34,795 nt of DNA, from positions 367,641-402,435 of the forward strand of contig JBNGIO010006342.1 of NCBI GenBank assembly GCA_049999805.1, given 5' to 3'. Positions 22,501-33,989 of this stretch are shown piece after piece (positions within the stretch are counted from its first letter, which is position 1; every line of letters starts with the position of its first letter). This DNA is from Folioceros fuciformis. Taxonomy: Eukaryota. The notes beneath the pieces were generated by a model that was given only the letters and a program-made list of their open reading frames with translations, was not told where the DNA came from and searched no databases. A program made the position numbers and the translations under genes.

Positions 22501-24099
22501 CTGGAAGTATGTCCGTGAGCCAAACTACGGATGTCGCAGAGAGATCCAAACCTGTGAAACCAAGTGACTCGCCAAGGATTCGACCCTTGGCTAGTAAAGC
22601 AGATAGCCCAGTAAGCCACTCTCAGGAGAGCGGTGGTGAAGGAACGCCAACCAGTTCTGAAGTCTCATCTCAGAGGATAAAGCAACAGGAAGCAGCAAAT
22701 CAGAGGGAAGGTGAAAAAGACCACGCCAATCAAAGAGAAGAGGTGGTCTCGGATGCTGTGCCTCCAGTGAATCCCAGCACTTGTGAGGTGAGGACCTCTG
22801 AGGTGTCCGATGCTTCACAGTCATGTGTCAATTCTGCCAGTGATGCCCATGGACCTGAGCGAACCGGTCAAGTCCAGTTCCAGGAGTCCAGCCAGAAGGT
22901 GGTCGAAACCAGCAATGAGTGTGAGGCAAAGGTGAATGTCCTGTGGTTGTTCTGCTACGCCCTCCTTCATTTGTTTGACTTGGTTACCACCGGTCTTCTC
23001 ACTTCACCTTCTGCACCAGGTGGTACAGGGAGCCCAAGAACTCTGGTCCCTGTCACCAGATGGTTTGGACAATGCAGACGGCGCTTCAGAAGCCAGTGTT
23101 GAGAAAGGAGGTCAACCCAGTCCTGTCTCAATTCTTGATTCACCGTTTGAGCAGGAGAGTCCACAGAGCCCTCCAGCTGATTTCAAGGAAGTTGCTTCCG
23201 ATCTTCAAGGTGAGTTTGCATGCCGGTTCCACCTATGAAGGATGGCTCTTGGCTGTGCAATGCGTGGGCCACATGTTTGACACATCGGTTGTGCAGAGTT
23301 GCGCCTGAGGCTACAGTTGTTGAAACTAGACGGAATCGAAAGGCCAAGGGACGATCTTGGAGATCAGGAGCAGAATGCACCAAGTTCGGGGGTACTGAAC
23401 ACGAAATTGGCCACAGACGAGGCTGACGGTGTAACAACTGAAGCTGCTGCCATCTCCTCCCAGCTGTCGAGACTGGAGGAGGATGCCTACAACATATCTA
23501 GTCTTAAGTGTCCGAAAGGCAGAGAGGCTGATCTGGCATACGTCCGAGACCTGCTAGTGGTGTCAGGCTTTGCTGTGGGCACAGCTGCAGCCATGTGCAG
23601 GTGGTTTTCTCCTTCCCGGCCTTTGGATGTCTGTCTCTTCGACAAGTTGGAAGACTTCTATTGCAGTTCTCAGGCAAGGAGAAGTGCAAATATGGCGGGC
23701 ACTTTACCAGAAGAGGGGCAAAATCGGATTGACACAATGAACAGGCGTATCTTGTTCGAAGTCGTCAATGAGGTTTTGTTGAAGAAGCTGGGTCCATATC
23801 TCAACCAGCTTCCGTGGGTCCAGTCGCCGACACTCGCCTTGCGCCCCATCCCGACCGAGAAACAGCTTGTCCTGGAGACATGGGACGAGATATGCACTTG
23901 TCACATGCCCATCGAGGGTCCGAACTATACATTAGAGAATATGGTGGAGAGGGATCTGAAAAGGGGAAGGCAATGGATGGCATTCCAGGAGGACGCTGAG
24001 CAGGTTGGCATCGAGCTGGAGGGACAAATTCTGGGAGACCTGGTCGAAGAGGCGGTCCGCGAGCTGCTATCGCGCCAGAGCCCCATCAAACGAATGTGA
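19534..24099 (+). CDS. TRM: TON1-recruiting motif (TRM)/LONGIFOLIA-family protein; probable exons 19534-19618, 19729 (or 19708)-20255, 20349-22931, 23020-23209, 23297-24099; start uncertain
   Basis: Motifs CMGGMLQFFD, GLEAPRNS, PGVVARLMGLEALP, ESKEFLEALEFLQSNREFFLRFLQEP (DUF3741), RIVILKP, QPSPVSILD, LRLRLQLLK, and a C-terminal DUF4378 region (YVRDLLVVSG..RRILFEVVNEVL..VGIELEGQILGDLVEE). Confidence 0.88.
19744..20255 (+). repeat. Coding tandem repeat: five SG(L/M)EAPRNS-containing units with a 114-bp core period
   Basis: Equivalent positions are 19747, 19831, 19945, 20059 and 20173 (spacings 84, 114, 114, 114). Confidence 0.92.
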
Positions 24100-26013
24100 C
24101 AGGTCTGGGACACGATGGTCCGCACAAAGCAGCGGGTGTGTGCTAACCATCTGTACCTTAAGCTTATCGCTGACTGCACCTTTTGCTGTACACTTGTGTA
24201 TAACCATAGCCACAACCCAGCCTAGTCTAGCCTCCGACCCCTTTATGTGTACCGTAGCGCAAATGTCTCAACCAAGGCAGTTGTCACTCTCTTCCACACT
24301 CCAGTTGAGAAGTTTTGCTAGTGTACTAGACACAATTAAGTATCCCTTGTATTCTATGGCGAGAGTAACAGAGGAGAGGATATGCGTGTGTCCATCTCCA
24401 CTGCTCTCGGCCCTGTACCTAGCAGTAAAACCAGCCTCCAGCTTCTTCTTCCATTTTGTACCGTACTGTGCAATTCGGAATCGTGAAATTTTTTACCCCG
24501 CATGAAGATCGCATCATGTACCTAGTAGGTGAGATGGCCTTCCACCTACCTACCGCAGATGTTGACGCACGCTACGCTCGGAGGAAAAGGGAACACTCAG
24601 ATTTTTGCTCTGTGAGACACTTGATGAAATGAACTGGGGCCGAGGTCGGAGAGGCAACATTTTTTATAAATGAGTGGAGGTCGGGGAAAAACGAAAGGCC
24701 TAGCAATAAAATTCATCAAGAAGTAAGAGAAGTAAGATCAAATTTTCGTCATCTTCACCACACTTTTCTAAGGAGGGCAAACAAACGCTCCAGCTGAAAC
24801 AATCACTATCTGAGCACCGGACCCGGGAAATGACAACATGAACCTGATGGCGTGTCGACGTTCCACACTACTGAAGTAAAAGGATGACAACGAGTGCTGG
24901 TGACAGATATGACGACCGTGTAATAATCTGGGATGTAGTAGCTCCACCAAACTGTGCTACCCGGACAGAAGCGTGCATTCAATCGAACTGTTTATGATTC
25001 CATGTCGACGTTCCACACTGCTGGAGTTGGGAGCAAGTTCTGCATCAATTGTCACTGGGCTGGTAATGGAACTGTCAATTCTTTTGTAGTATTCTGGTCA
25101 GATTTGTGTATGACACATGCTTTTGAACTCGATACTCAGATCTGGCAAGGTCATTCAATCACAGAATTTGAAACTGAAGACTATGAATTGGCTGACAGCA
25201 CTGCCTTCCCGTGAGTGTTCAAACCGGATCAGTAGAAACCAGACATCGAGATGATCGTGTTCTGATCCAGACTCTCATGGCGCAGGTGGTCGAAATCTCA
25301 AAGGTAGGAGGGAATGGCAGCTACTCTCCGAACACCTCCCCTTCTTGGAACGTGAGATGCGTACTCGTTCCAGGCTTTGTATCCGAGACCGAGTGCTGGA
25401 CCGGCACCTGGCCCCATCCAGGCATGGTCTTGCTCACCTGCATCAAGCATGCGCCACACGCCGCTGAATTCAGCCTCCGCCGGGCTATGCCGCAGCTACA
25501 AGAATCGAGCAACACTCCTGAATGAGATTCACCTGGAAATCAGCAGGCTCCTCCTGCGCCCGGGCTGCCTTGTCTTTGGTCACCTCCTTAGGCTCCGCAG
25601 CGTGGAACTCCTCGCCCGACCTGCGATCATCGGGGATGGAGCTTCGTGTCAGGGGATCGTTCTCGGGTGACCTCACAGGGCTGACACCGTAGGTTGGCTC
25701 AATTGCTTTCCGCTGGCTGCTGCTGTGCACAACCCGCAGCTGCTGAACTACACGAATAGCCTGCCGAATAGGCTGACAGCACTTCGAAGACGATGAAAAC
25801 AGGTGAAGGTACATCGTGATCAATCCGCCACAAGACCGCTGCACAAGCCACGAGACTTTGATCCCGCCTTGTTGGAAACCACGAACCCATAGCCACCCCC
25901 GCTTCCAACGTGTCGTTGGAAAGGCCCGCCACTTGTCCCCGACTCCACAAATTCGAGGTTCGTCGTGTTGATTTCCGAGCGCGAGCGCATAGACTTGTCT
26001 TCTTATTCCAAAA

Positions 26014-27912
26014 TCAAGAACTAAAGTTTTCTATGAAGCTAATAACCTCTTGGTTAATATCAGAATCTAGACTAGTGCTGTATAGGAAGTCTGCATGTCC
26101 ATAGTTGGGGAAAAGCCTACTTTGTGGGGGAACTGGGAGCTGTGTCAAGAGGAAGGTCACATCCTCTGGTGTTGCAAACTGATCATTCCCTCCATAGCAT
26201 ACCAGGATGGGAAGAGTGGGATTCACATTGCCTAGGAGATATGTTGGAGGAATATACGACTCATAAACTTCCATATTCCGATTTGGAGTCCCATAGTCAT
26301 ATGCTTGAAAGTTCTCCAAATTCATGCCTAAGATTTGGAATTGGTCACTTGTTAGTAACCTTACCATGCAATTCCTCTTCCAAACATATCAAAGCACCCA
26401 AGATCCAACACTTACTTTGCGTAAGATGAGCAACAGCTTTTGTGGAAGTACAAGCATGAGGTCCACCATAAAGGTTGAATACTTTATCGTTGTCAATGCA
26501 ACAGTTAGGACCTGCACAAAAATAATACATGATATGAGTACACATTAAAACAGTAGCTTAGTTCACATATTACAACAATGAAGTTGAAATGCAAACCTGT
26601 TAACGTCTCCAAAGCCAACTTCTTCACATTTGTGGAGTTGGGAAGGCTTCCAAGGGATTGACCAAAGCTGCACCAATATGGGAAAACTAAGAGTAAGAAG
26701 AAGTATGATTGATTAAAGAACTCTTTACATCATTTGTTAACTAAGAAGCAATCAAACATCTGAAACATCCACTTACCAACTCAAACAAATACTTGGGATT
26801 CCTGTGTTATAAGCTATCTGTGATTCAAGACTATAAGTATTTAAATACAATAATATAGGAATTTAAAATTATTCATACTCAAGCAAACATTCAAAGAAAC
26901 TTACACCACCCAAGTTAGATGATCGAATAGCTAAAAGAAGAGGAGCTTTGGCTTTGGCCACAAAGATAACTGGTGCCAATAATGTGAAGGAAGCAAAATA
27001 ATCGTTGCCTTGATAACTTACAGCTCCCAATCCAACTCTAGCTCCCTGTGTTTCACAAATTAGATTAAAATATACATAAGAAAATAAAGAATGATTTATG
27101 TTAGAGAGGTTATACATTACCTGTGAGTAGCCTACAAAGTGCATTTTGCGGCCTCCTATGTATTGGTAGATGTAGCTTGTTAGAGCTGGCCAATCATAGT
27201 TTGCAAGTTCATCTCCATCCCAATCCCAATATGCCTGTTCACACGTTGGATTTGGGTTCATGTCATGAATTCTTGATTAGTTTATTATTAGGTTGTGAAC
27301 TTGAGGATGCAACTTACAAATTGGTCGGGGTTGAGAACTTGGTGCCCAAATGTCCATTTGCTAGCTCTCTCATTGCCAATCCAAATACTGTAACCCCTTG
27401 CAGCAAGTGCAAGTGGGGTAGGATTTGTGGACACAAACCAAGAATCTCCACCCACAAATGTACTGTGTAGAAATAGCACATGGCCTGGAGTCGAGATAGA
27501 GCCCTCCACATTGACTTGTGCATTGAGATCATTTCTCACAACATTTTGGAGAGTGAGAAGAAAACCATTTGAAAGCACCTTCACCGCCAAGTAGTGTTTC
27601 GCATGGAGTAGGGAGAAACCATTAGATTGTCTTGTATTTGTAAAGAGTGGTTTCTTGAGAGTGTGAAGAAAACACTAGATTATCTTGAGGAAGCAAGGGA
27701 GTGAAGTTGAAGTATCTCACCGTGTGTTCGGTACAATTATATTGAGGCCCAAATGGTGCAATAATTGATTCACAGAACCCTGTTCCAACCCATTGTGCAG
27801 ATTGAGGAGCTCCGTATTGCACAACAGGACTAGAGAAAGCTGCGGGGAAGTCCACAAAAGCACCAATCCATGCTAAGGAGAGGGCTAGGAATACTCTTGT
27901 GCTTGCCCTCAT
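26014..27912 (-). CDS. Secreted acid/triacylglycerol lipase (LIP1/MPL1-like alpha/beta hydrolase); exons 27912-27721, 27578-27318, 27234-27121, 27045-26905, 26817-26777, 26667-26597, 26511-26416, 26327-26014
   Basis: Signal peptide, GFCESII..YNCTEHT, LAARGYSIWIGNER, YWDWDGDELANYD, GYSQG (Ser), TGPNCC, TSTKAVAHLTQ, FQAYDYG, YGGND (Asp) and NYGHADF (His). Confidence 0.88.
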
Positions 27913-28568
27913 GCTTGATGAATGATGGGAAGGAGGCGGCTTTGGAAAATCTCTCTCGCTTGGGGTGGAGGTATGGATTGGTGCAACGGGCTAGACAAAT
28001 GCCTCCAGCATTGGGCGGTGCATTGTGACAAGAAGAAGGAGAAGAAGATGCAGTCCGGCAAAGTGCGAAGAGAGCACAAACTCAGCTAGTCGTTTCAAAG
28101 GACTCTGGGCAGAAGATTGCTTGTGGACCGACAACTGCCCCAACCGCTGTTCTGCGGAACGGAGTGGGTATTCCGAGACAGGCAAATCAAGGGGTGTTTT
28201 TTCTGGACTTCAGGAATCGTGGAGAAAGAGATCATTTGCGTTAGCAATTAGGTAGTGCAGTCATCTCTCTGTCGCACCTTTTGGCCGGGAGGAAGCGTCT
28301 CAAGAGGCGTTCCAACTGCCGTGCTTCACGTGACAGTGGCAGTTAGTTACGAGGCACCTTTCACCTCGACGTCCTTTTGCTCGCTGGTGCCGGCTGGAGC
28401 CTCTGAGGATTTTCGGTGTGGGAAGGGGAGATGGACAGGCGGCGCTCCAAGCTTTGTTCACGACCGCACCACTTCCGGCCTCACAACCGGCATGCCTTCC
28501 TGTGGATGTGTGTGGCGGGGCTGGCAGCGCTGGCGTCTGAGAGGAGGGAGGAGGAGGAGGAGGAGCAC

Positions 28569-28727
28569 TAGGGTTTAATTCGGTCCCGGACGAGTATGGC
28601 TGTAAGGATGCATGAGCCGTGGGATTGCGCGGACAGCCGGGGGCAGAAGGAGTGGTAGTGCTGAATTCATGGGCACGTGGGAGATGGAGTTCACTGTTTG
28701 CGGGGAAGAGGATGACCATTAGGGTTT
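28569..28727 (-). promoter_or_regulatory. Two telo-box motifs (TAGGGTTT at 28569 and 28720) upstream of the F-box gene
   Basis: Exact reverse complements of AAACCCTA. Function is inferred only. Confidence 0.35.
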
Positions 28728-28946
28728 GGTGTCCGGATGGGACGTAGGTGCTGGAGAGGAGAATTGCAAGGTTGCTGCTCTGTGCCGAATGTGTGACGCT
28801 GCTGTGTCAGCGGGGACGTGGAGATGGAGAAGTAGTGTTTCAGCGGGGAGGAGAAGGAAGGATGGTGTGGACGGGGATGGGGTCGTGTGGCAGGGTGAGA
28901 ATGGTGCCGCCGTTGTAGCCAGTGCAGCATCCATGGGGATGTAGAC

Positions 28947-30194
28947 ATGGAGTTCAACTTCAGCGACCGGCTGATGCTGTTTGTGGAAGGGCCTGGAGTT
29001 CCACCGCAGCCGAGTTGCAGCAAGATGGACGGAGAGCTCTGGGGACGGCTCCCGGACGAGCTCATGCTGAAGGTGTTCGCGAGGCTGCCGCTGTCGGACG
29101 CCGTGAGACTGCAGGTGATGAGCAAGGCGTGGAGGAGCATGCTGAGCTCGGACAGGTTTTTGGAGCTGCGTGGGGAAACGCCGTCTTCTGTCTTCTGCTT
29201 CTTCATGTTCGGGTTTAAGAAGACATCCACATGGCCGGGCCCGAACATCTACAACTTCGTCTCCAGCAAGTGGTACCGGCTCACCCTGAGCCTGGACCCG
29301 AGCGCAGCCACAGCGGCGGAGAACGTGGTCCCGGACACCATCTACCCCATCGCCTCCGCAGGGGGGCTCATTTGCTGCTCGGTGTTGAGGGGGCAGGACC
29401 TGCTCTTCGCTGATCTGCAGTGCCTCCTGGTCTACAACCCGCTCACCAGGAGGTCGAAACAGCTGCCGGAGATGCCCGACGCACCGTCCTGCTACCCCAT
29501 GGTCACCATGGTGTTCGACAACTGCTCCGACTCGTACAAGGTGATAGTGGCCGGCACTACCATCATCACCTACGGCCCATTCGAGGACCGTCTCCGCACC
29601 ACCAAGGTCTACGACTCCGCCACGGGGGAGTGGAAGGTGACGGGGCAGGTCCCCGAGCACACCTGCCTCAACAGCGGCAGCAGCGTTTTCTGCAACGGCC
29701 TGCTCTACTGCCTCAGCTGCCGCGACAACGACGTGGACCTGCTCACCTACAGCTTCAGCGAGGAGGTGTGGCGGAAGCTGCCAATCAAGTTCCCCAACCA
29801 GTGGTACCAGTCGGGCCTCATGGAGCATCAGGGCTCTGTCTTCATCGTCGGCGCCTCCCACAACGGCGTGGATCCCGAGAACTTCTGGGTGTGGGAGCTC
29901 CAGGAGAAGGGCATGGTGTGGCGAGACATCGGCCAGGACCACCCTCGCCTGTGCAAGGACGAGTACAAGGTCTTGCAGCGCGGCATCGGCTCCCACTACC
30001 GAGCTGTCAAGCAAGGCGACTGGATCTGCTTCTACATCTTCGACGACATCAGCTGGCCGCCCAAGCTCCTCATTTACGACTTCCGCCGCAAGACATGGCA
30101 CTGGCTCCCTAGCTGCCCCTTCGATGCCGACTTCCACGTCAAAGACTTCAGCCTCCTCCTCCCATTCGAGCCCAGGATTGACAGCATGGTCTGA
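28947..30194 (+). CDS. Intronless F-box protein with kelch/FBA-like beta-propeller region, 415 aa
   Basis: F-box LWGRLPDELMLKVFARLP..VRLQVMSKAWRSML, followed by IASAGGLIC, LLVYNPLTR..QLP, YKVIVAG, VYDSATGEW, SVFCNGLLY and C-terminal PFEPRI. Third codon positions are strongly G/C-biased. Confidence 0.9.
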   Translation: MEFNFSDRLMLFVEGPGVPPQPSCSKMDGELWGRLPDELMLKVFARLPLSDAVRLQVMSKAWRSMLSSDRFLELRGETPSSVFCFFMFGFKKTSTWPGPNIYNFVSSKWYRLTLSLDPSAATAAENVVPDTIYPIASAGGLICCSVLRGQDLLFADLQCLLVYNPLTRRSKQLPEMPDAPSCYPMVTMVFDNCSDSYKVIVAGTTIITYGPFEDRLRTTKVYDSATGEWKVTGQVPEHTCLNSGSSVFCNGLLYCLSCRDNDVDLLTYSFSEEVWRKLPIKFPNQWYQSGLMEHQGSVFIVGASHNGVDPENFWVWELQEKGMVWRDIGQDHPRLCKDEYKVLQRGIGSHYRAVKQGDWICFYIFDDISWPPKLLIYDFRRKTWHWLPSCPFDADFHVKDFSLLLPFEPRIDSMV

Positions 30195-30812
30195 CCCGCC
30201 GCCTGCCACCATCGCTCCATTTCTTCCATGCTTCCCCCTCTCCTCATTCACTTCCTCCTCCTCCTCCTCCTTACTTCTCCTGTTCACCCATCCCTGGGCC
30301 TCGGTATCTCCTCTTGACAGTATCCTTACATCCCTTGTAGAACCCTAAAGTAACCATCTAGCTGCTGGTTCGAACCCCGAGTTGGAACTTGAGGTGGAAG
30401 TTGAGTCCAGGGCCGGGGACCGTGTCGCGCGCCAAACTTGTCCTCAGCTTTCAAAAATGACTACGCTGGCTTAAATTCGCCCGCCCGGACTGCTTTCCGG
30501 CCACAAGTCTTTGCGGGTGCTGCATGCCTGAATGCGGTTGCTGGCTTGATATGCGTGCCGTGCTGTTGGGTATGCCAGATGGTAGTGCCTGAGTCGGGAA
30601 TGCGCGTGCGGTGATCGCCTGCACTGTCGCGCTGAGCTTCAGCCGAGGGGTCCGGAAGCGTCTGGGAGGCGGGATCTTGCCTTCGGCTCTTCTTTCTTGG
30701 AGGGATTTGGCGTTGTGGAATCTGAGAGTCGGCTTGGGCGGGAGGTTTTGCAGTTTGGGCTTGGAATTGTGAGGGACATGTGCAGCATCAGGCTTCACAA
30801 CGCTAGGCACTG

Positions 30813-32966
30813 ATGACAGACGATGCGGAGGCTGAGGCACAGAGCTCACCTCCAGCTTTGCGAGAGGCTCCTTGGATTACGTACAAGCGGCGGAGGCGGT
30901 TTGCTGACGTGAAGAGGTGAGATTGGGTGGGCGTGATTGATGCTGGTTTTGCCGGGGGTGAAGGAATTCTGGCCTGAATTACGCTGCCTCGTCCTGAACA
31001 CAGAAGCTTTGCAACCAGTGTGGAGGCCGACTCGGAGGTCTCCGAATTTCCCGCGGTTGGGCCCGGTGGAGGGGATGCGGAAACAAGGTCACCAAACCAG
31101 TACGCTTCCTGTCCGAAGAAACGAGCATTGTTGATGGATGACGACGAGTCGGACACCTACTCTCTGTTGAAATGCCCCTCGGTCATGCATACCTGGAAGG
31201 CTCTTGTGGGCATACGAAGGACTTACCCGCCCAGGAGACGCGTGTGCGGGCAGTATTTCCTGGATTTGGGTCAGAAAGATTTTTCTCGCAGCCAGTGCCC
31301 TGTCTGCGGACTTCTGTATGCTAAAGGCGAAGAGAATGATGAAAAATTGCACAAGGCGTTTCACAGGAGCCAGACTCAGGGGATCCTTTTCAAGGTCTTC
31401 TGACGTTTGTGATTATGGTTTTTCTGCGGGGCATGTATTTGATTAGCTGGAAAAGTGATCGCAGAGTGGTGGTACTCTGTAGGGATGGAAAACGGAGAGA
31501 GTTGTTGGCAGACTTGACTGCAAGGGAGCACGAGTTATATGTGTGCTGCCTGAAGATCCCTTTCAGCATCAAATCAAGGTGCGTTTGCTGCTGCATGATT
31601 CATCTTGCACTTACCGCTTGTAACGTACCCGTCTTCACGATTGTCCCCCATGGTACAGACAATGCAATGCGTAACCTTGATGGTGTCCCTTGATGCGTCT
31701 CTGTGGTTAGGTGAAGGAGGTAGCTGCTGTGATGGAAGCTCAACTTGGGCTCGTTCCCGGCTGGCTGCTCGAAGCTCAATGCAAGGCAAGCAGTGCTGAC
31801 AGTTTTGCTGCAACCGATGCTGAGGGTCTCACTTCTCCCTGTAGTGTACTGAGAACGCTTTCGGGCCTTCAGGTGTACCTGTACATCTCTGCAGAGAAGA
31901 AAATTGTGGGCTGCATCATGGCGGAGCCTATACTTGAGGCCTTTGAGGTTGTGCCTCGGAGAGAAGAATGCATTGAAGAGCAAGAGTCGGACGGACCGAA
32001 GGTCATAGTTGAAAAACAGGATCGACATTCCCGGCTACCGGATTGCGGGGAAGAGACCGAACCATGGTTGCGGAATGTTGCAGTGAAGCCTGAGGTGCCC
32101 GATCCATTCAGATGTGGCGCAGCTGCGGTCTCCTTACCGAATTCTTGCACAGTAGAAAAGATTGAGGATGTGCAAATTCAGGAACTAGCTCCTGCTCGGG
32201 TTGTCTTGAAGAACACCAAGGTGACAGACTACTTTCTCAAGGCTGGACGGCAGAAGCAGCTGGGAATGCAGAAGCTGATTCCATCAAAAAGGGCCCCTTT
32301 CGCAGAAGCCGATGCATGCATGACAAGCTCTAGGTTGGATGATTCCCAGCATATCCACAGCTCCAGGCTGGATGACCACACTGGACATGATCATCCGAGT
32401 ACAATATGTGTCTCTCGCATGATTTCCTCAGGTAATAACTGCTCTGTAAGCAGGAGCAGGTCAGAGCCTGAGGAAGCCTCCCATCACGAGAGCGAGCCTG
32501 CGGATACATCTGATGCTTCCATTCCCCAAAATACCCTTCAAAGACATCCAGCTCAGAAAGGTATTTTGGTCTTCGGCAACGTCAAGTTCAAGCGGGAAGT
32601 GGTGAAGCGAACTAGCTGCAAGGAGGTCAGAGAGCAAAAGGATTCCGGCAGACTGATAATGTGCAGCAAGTTGCCAGTCCCGGCCGTTTGCGGCGTGAGA
32701 TGCATGTGGGTATCCCAATCCGAGAGGAGGAAGGGTATTGCTTCGCGACTAATTGATGTGATGAGGTAATTTCGCGTGCATGGTGTCTTGCTGTGCTGTT
32801 TGAGCCTCGCGGTTTCCAACTGGACCTTCTGCTCTTGAACAGGAAGACATTCACGATGGGATTCGTCTTACAGCCGCACCAGATTGCTTTTTCCCAGCCC
32901 ACGCCAGATGGTCGAGCGTTTGCACTCAGATATTGTAGAACAGACAAGTTCCTGGTGTATGGTTAA
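30813..32966 (+). CDS. CTF7: Cohesin acetyltransferase CTF7/ECO1; probable exons 30813-30916, 31004-31393, 31483-31578, 31711-31785, 31873-32765, 32843-32966
   Basis: C2H2 finger QYFLDLGQKDF..CPVCGLLYAKGEENDEKLHKAFH, then FKGWKTE, KVYLYIS..IVGCIMAEPI, PAVCGVRCMWVSQSERRKGIASRLID, IAFSQPTPDG and FLVY. The 5' exon and start are less certain. Confidence 0.9.
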
Positions 32967-33139
32967 CTAAGTAGCCCCTTCAGCTACCCACTCTGCCTGC
33001 CTCTCTGTACAAAATTATTTGAGGACGAAACTGTTCCTCTCATTAAACTTTCGTCAATAGGAACATCAGAGATCAATTTCGTTCTTTGGACAGGTCCAAA
33101 ATGCCCTTGAAAATTCTCTTCAGAATCCTTCGACAAATC

Positions 33140-33760
33140 CAGTTTCAACTGCGCATGGAATGGAGACTTGAGATCTGTGAGAAGGAAAGGGGTCTATAAT
33201 CTATCATTGGATGAAGAGAAAGAGAATTAAGCTCTATAACACGCATGCATACAAGACCTTTGACGGACATGGTGAAAAAGATGTGGTGTCTTGTAATGCC
33301 ATGATCTCAAGTTATTTCCAGCAGCTCACCAAGGACGTGGTTGGTTGCTCGAAATGCCATGATCTCCGGATACTCTCAGAAGGGCAGCGAGCAGTGGGAG
33401 GCAGTGAAAAGGTCGGATAGTGACTTGGTGCTCAGGGTGATAAAAGTTGGCAAACATCCAGATTAGCCGGCCACATTTCCTGCTGCCGGTGTGCAGTTAT
33501 ATGTACGCAGCTACTAAGCCAGGGGCTGGCGTACTTCGAGGCTATGGGCAGAATTTCGACATCACACCCAAGGTGGGGCTCACCTCAAAAGCATGGTGGA
33601 CCTTACGGGCCCTGCAGGCCCACAGGATGAAAGTGGGTTCGTGTCGAAAGTGAAACAACGTGGAGGTCGGACGCTATGTTTTGAGTACGCAGTGAAACTG
33701 CACGAGCAAGATGCCTCAGCGTATGCGTATCGTGATGTGCACCTTATACACCGGTGCGCA
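33140..33760 (+). pseudogene. Degenerate PLS/E-class PPR gene 3' fragment
   Basis: AYKTFDGHGEKDVVSCNAMIS, a second KDVV..SGYSQKG, FDITP..MVDLTGPAG and E-domain-like CFEYAVKLHEQDASAY, with frameshifts. Confidence 0.7.
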
Positions 33761-33989
33761 CATGTGGGAACAGACACAGGAGTTACAGGCAAGGGGACGA
33801 GGGATGAGGGCTTGGAATCAACCGGGTCAGAGCTGGTGGACGGACCTGACCTGCGTAGAGCTTTGAGGTTGAGAATGGCAGCATCTCAGAAGTCAAGCAC
33901 GGCTGAAACAGTAGTTGCAATGGGCCAGTATCAATCGGCCACAGCTCATTCGGTGCTGGATCGCGTGAGCTGGACATGCTCCGCCGTGC

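Noticed and set aside
22932..23102. 3' end of the 928-aa ORF as the true C-terminus
   Set aside because: This is read-through into an intron (22932-23019). The conserved PSPVSILD and DUF4378 motifs continue in downstream exons.
24853..25027. 25-bp direct repeat (TGTCGACGTTCCACACT..) 150 bp apart
   Set aside because: No TIR, LTR or coding signal between the copies, so no element can be supported.
28719..30287. 522-aa antisense ORF over the F-box gene
   Set aside because: Best explained as a shadow ORF caused by the strong third-position G/C bias of the sense gene. It has no recognisable domain.
30367..30377. GGTTCGAACCC, a tRNA T-loop/B-box-like motif
   Set aside because: No T-stem pairing, A-box or cloverleaf can be built around it.
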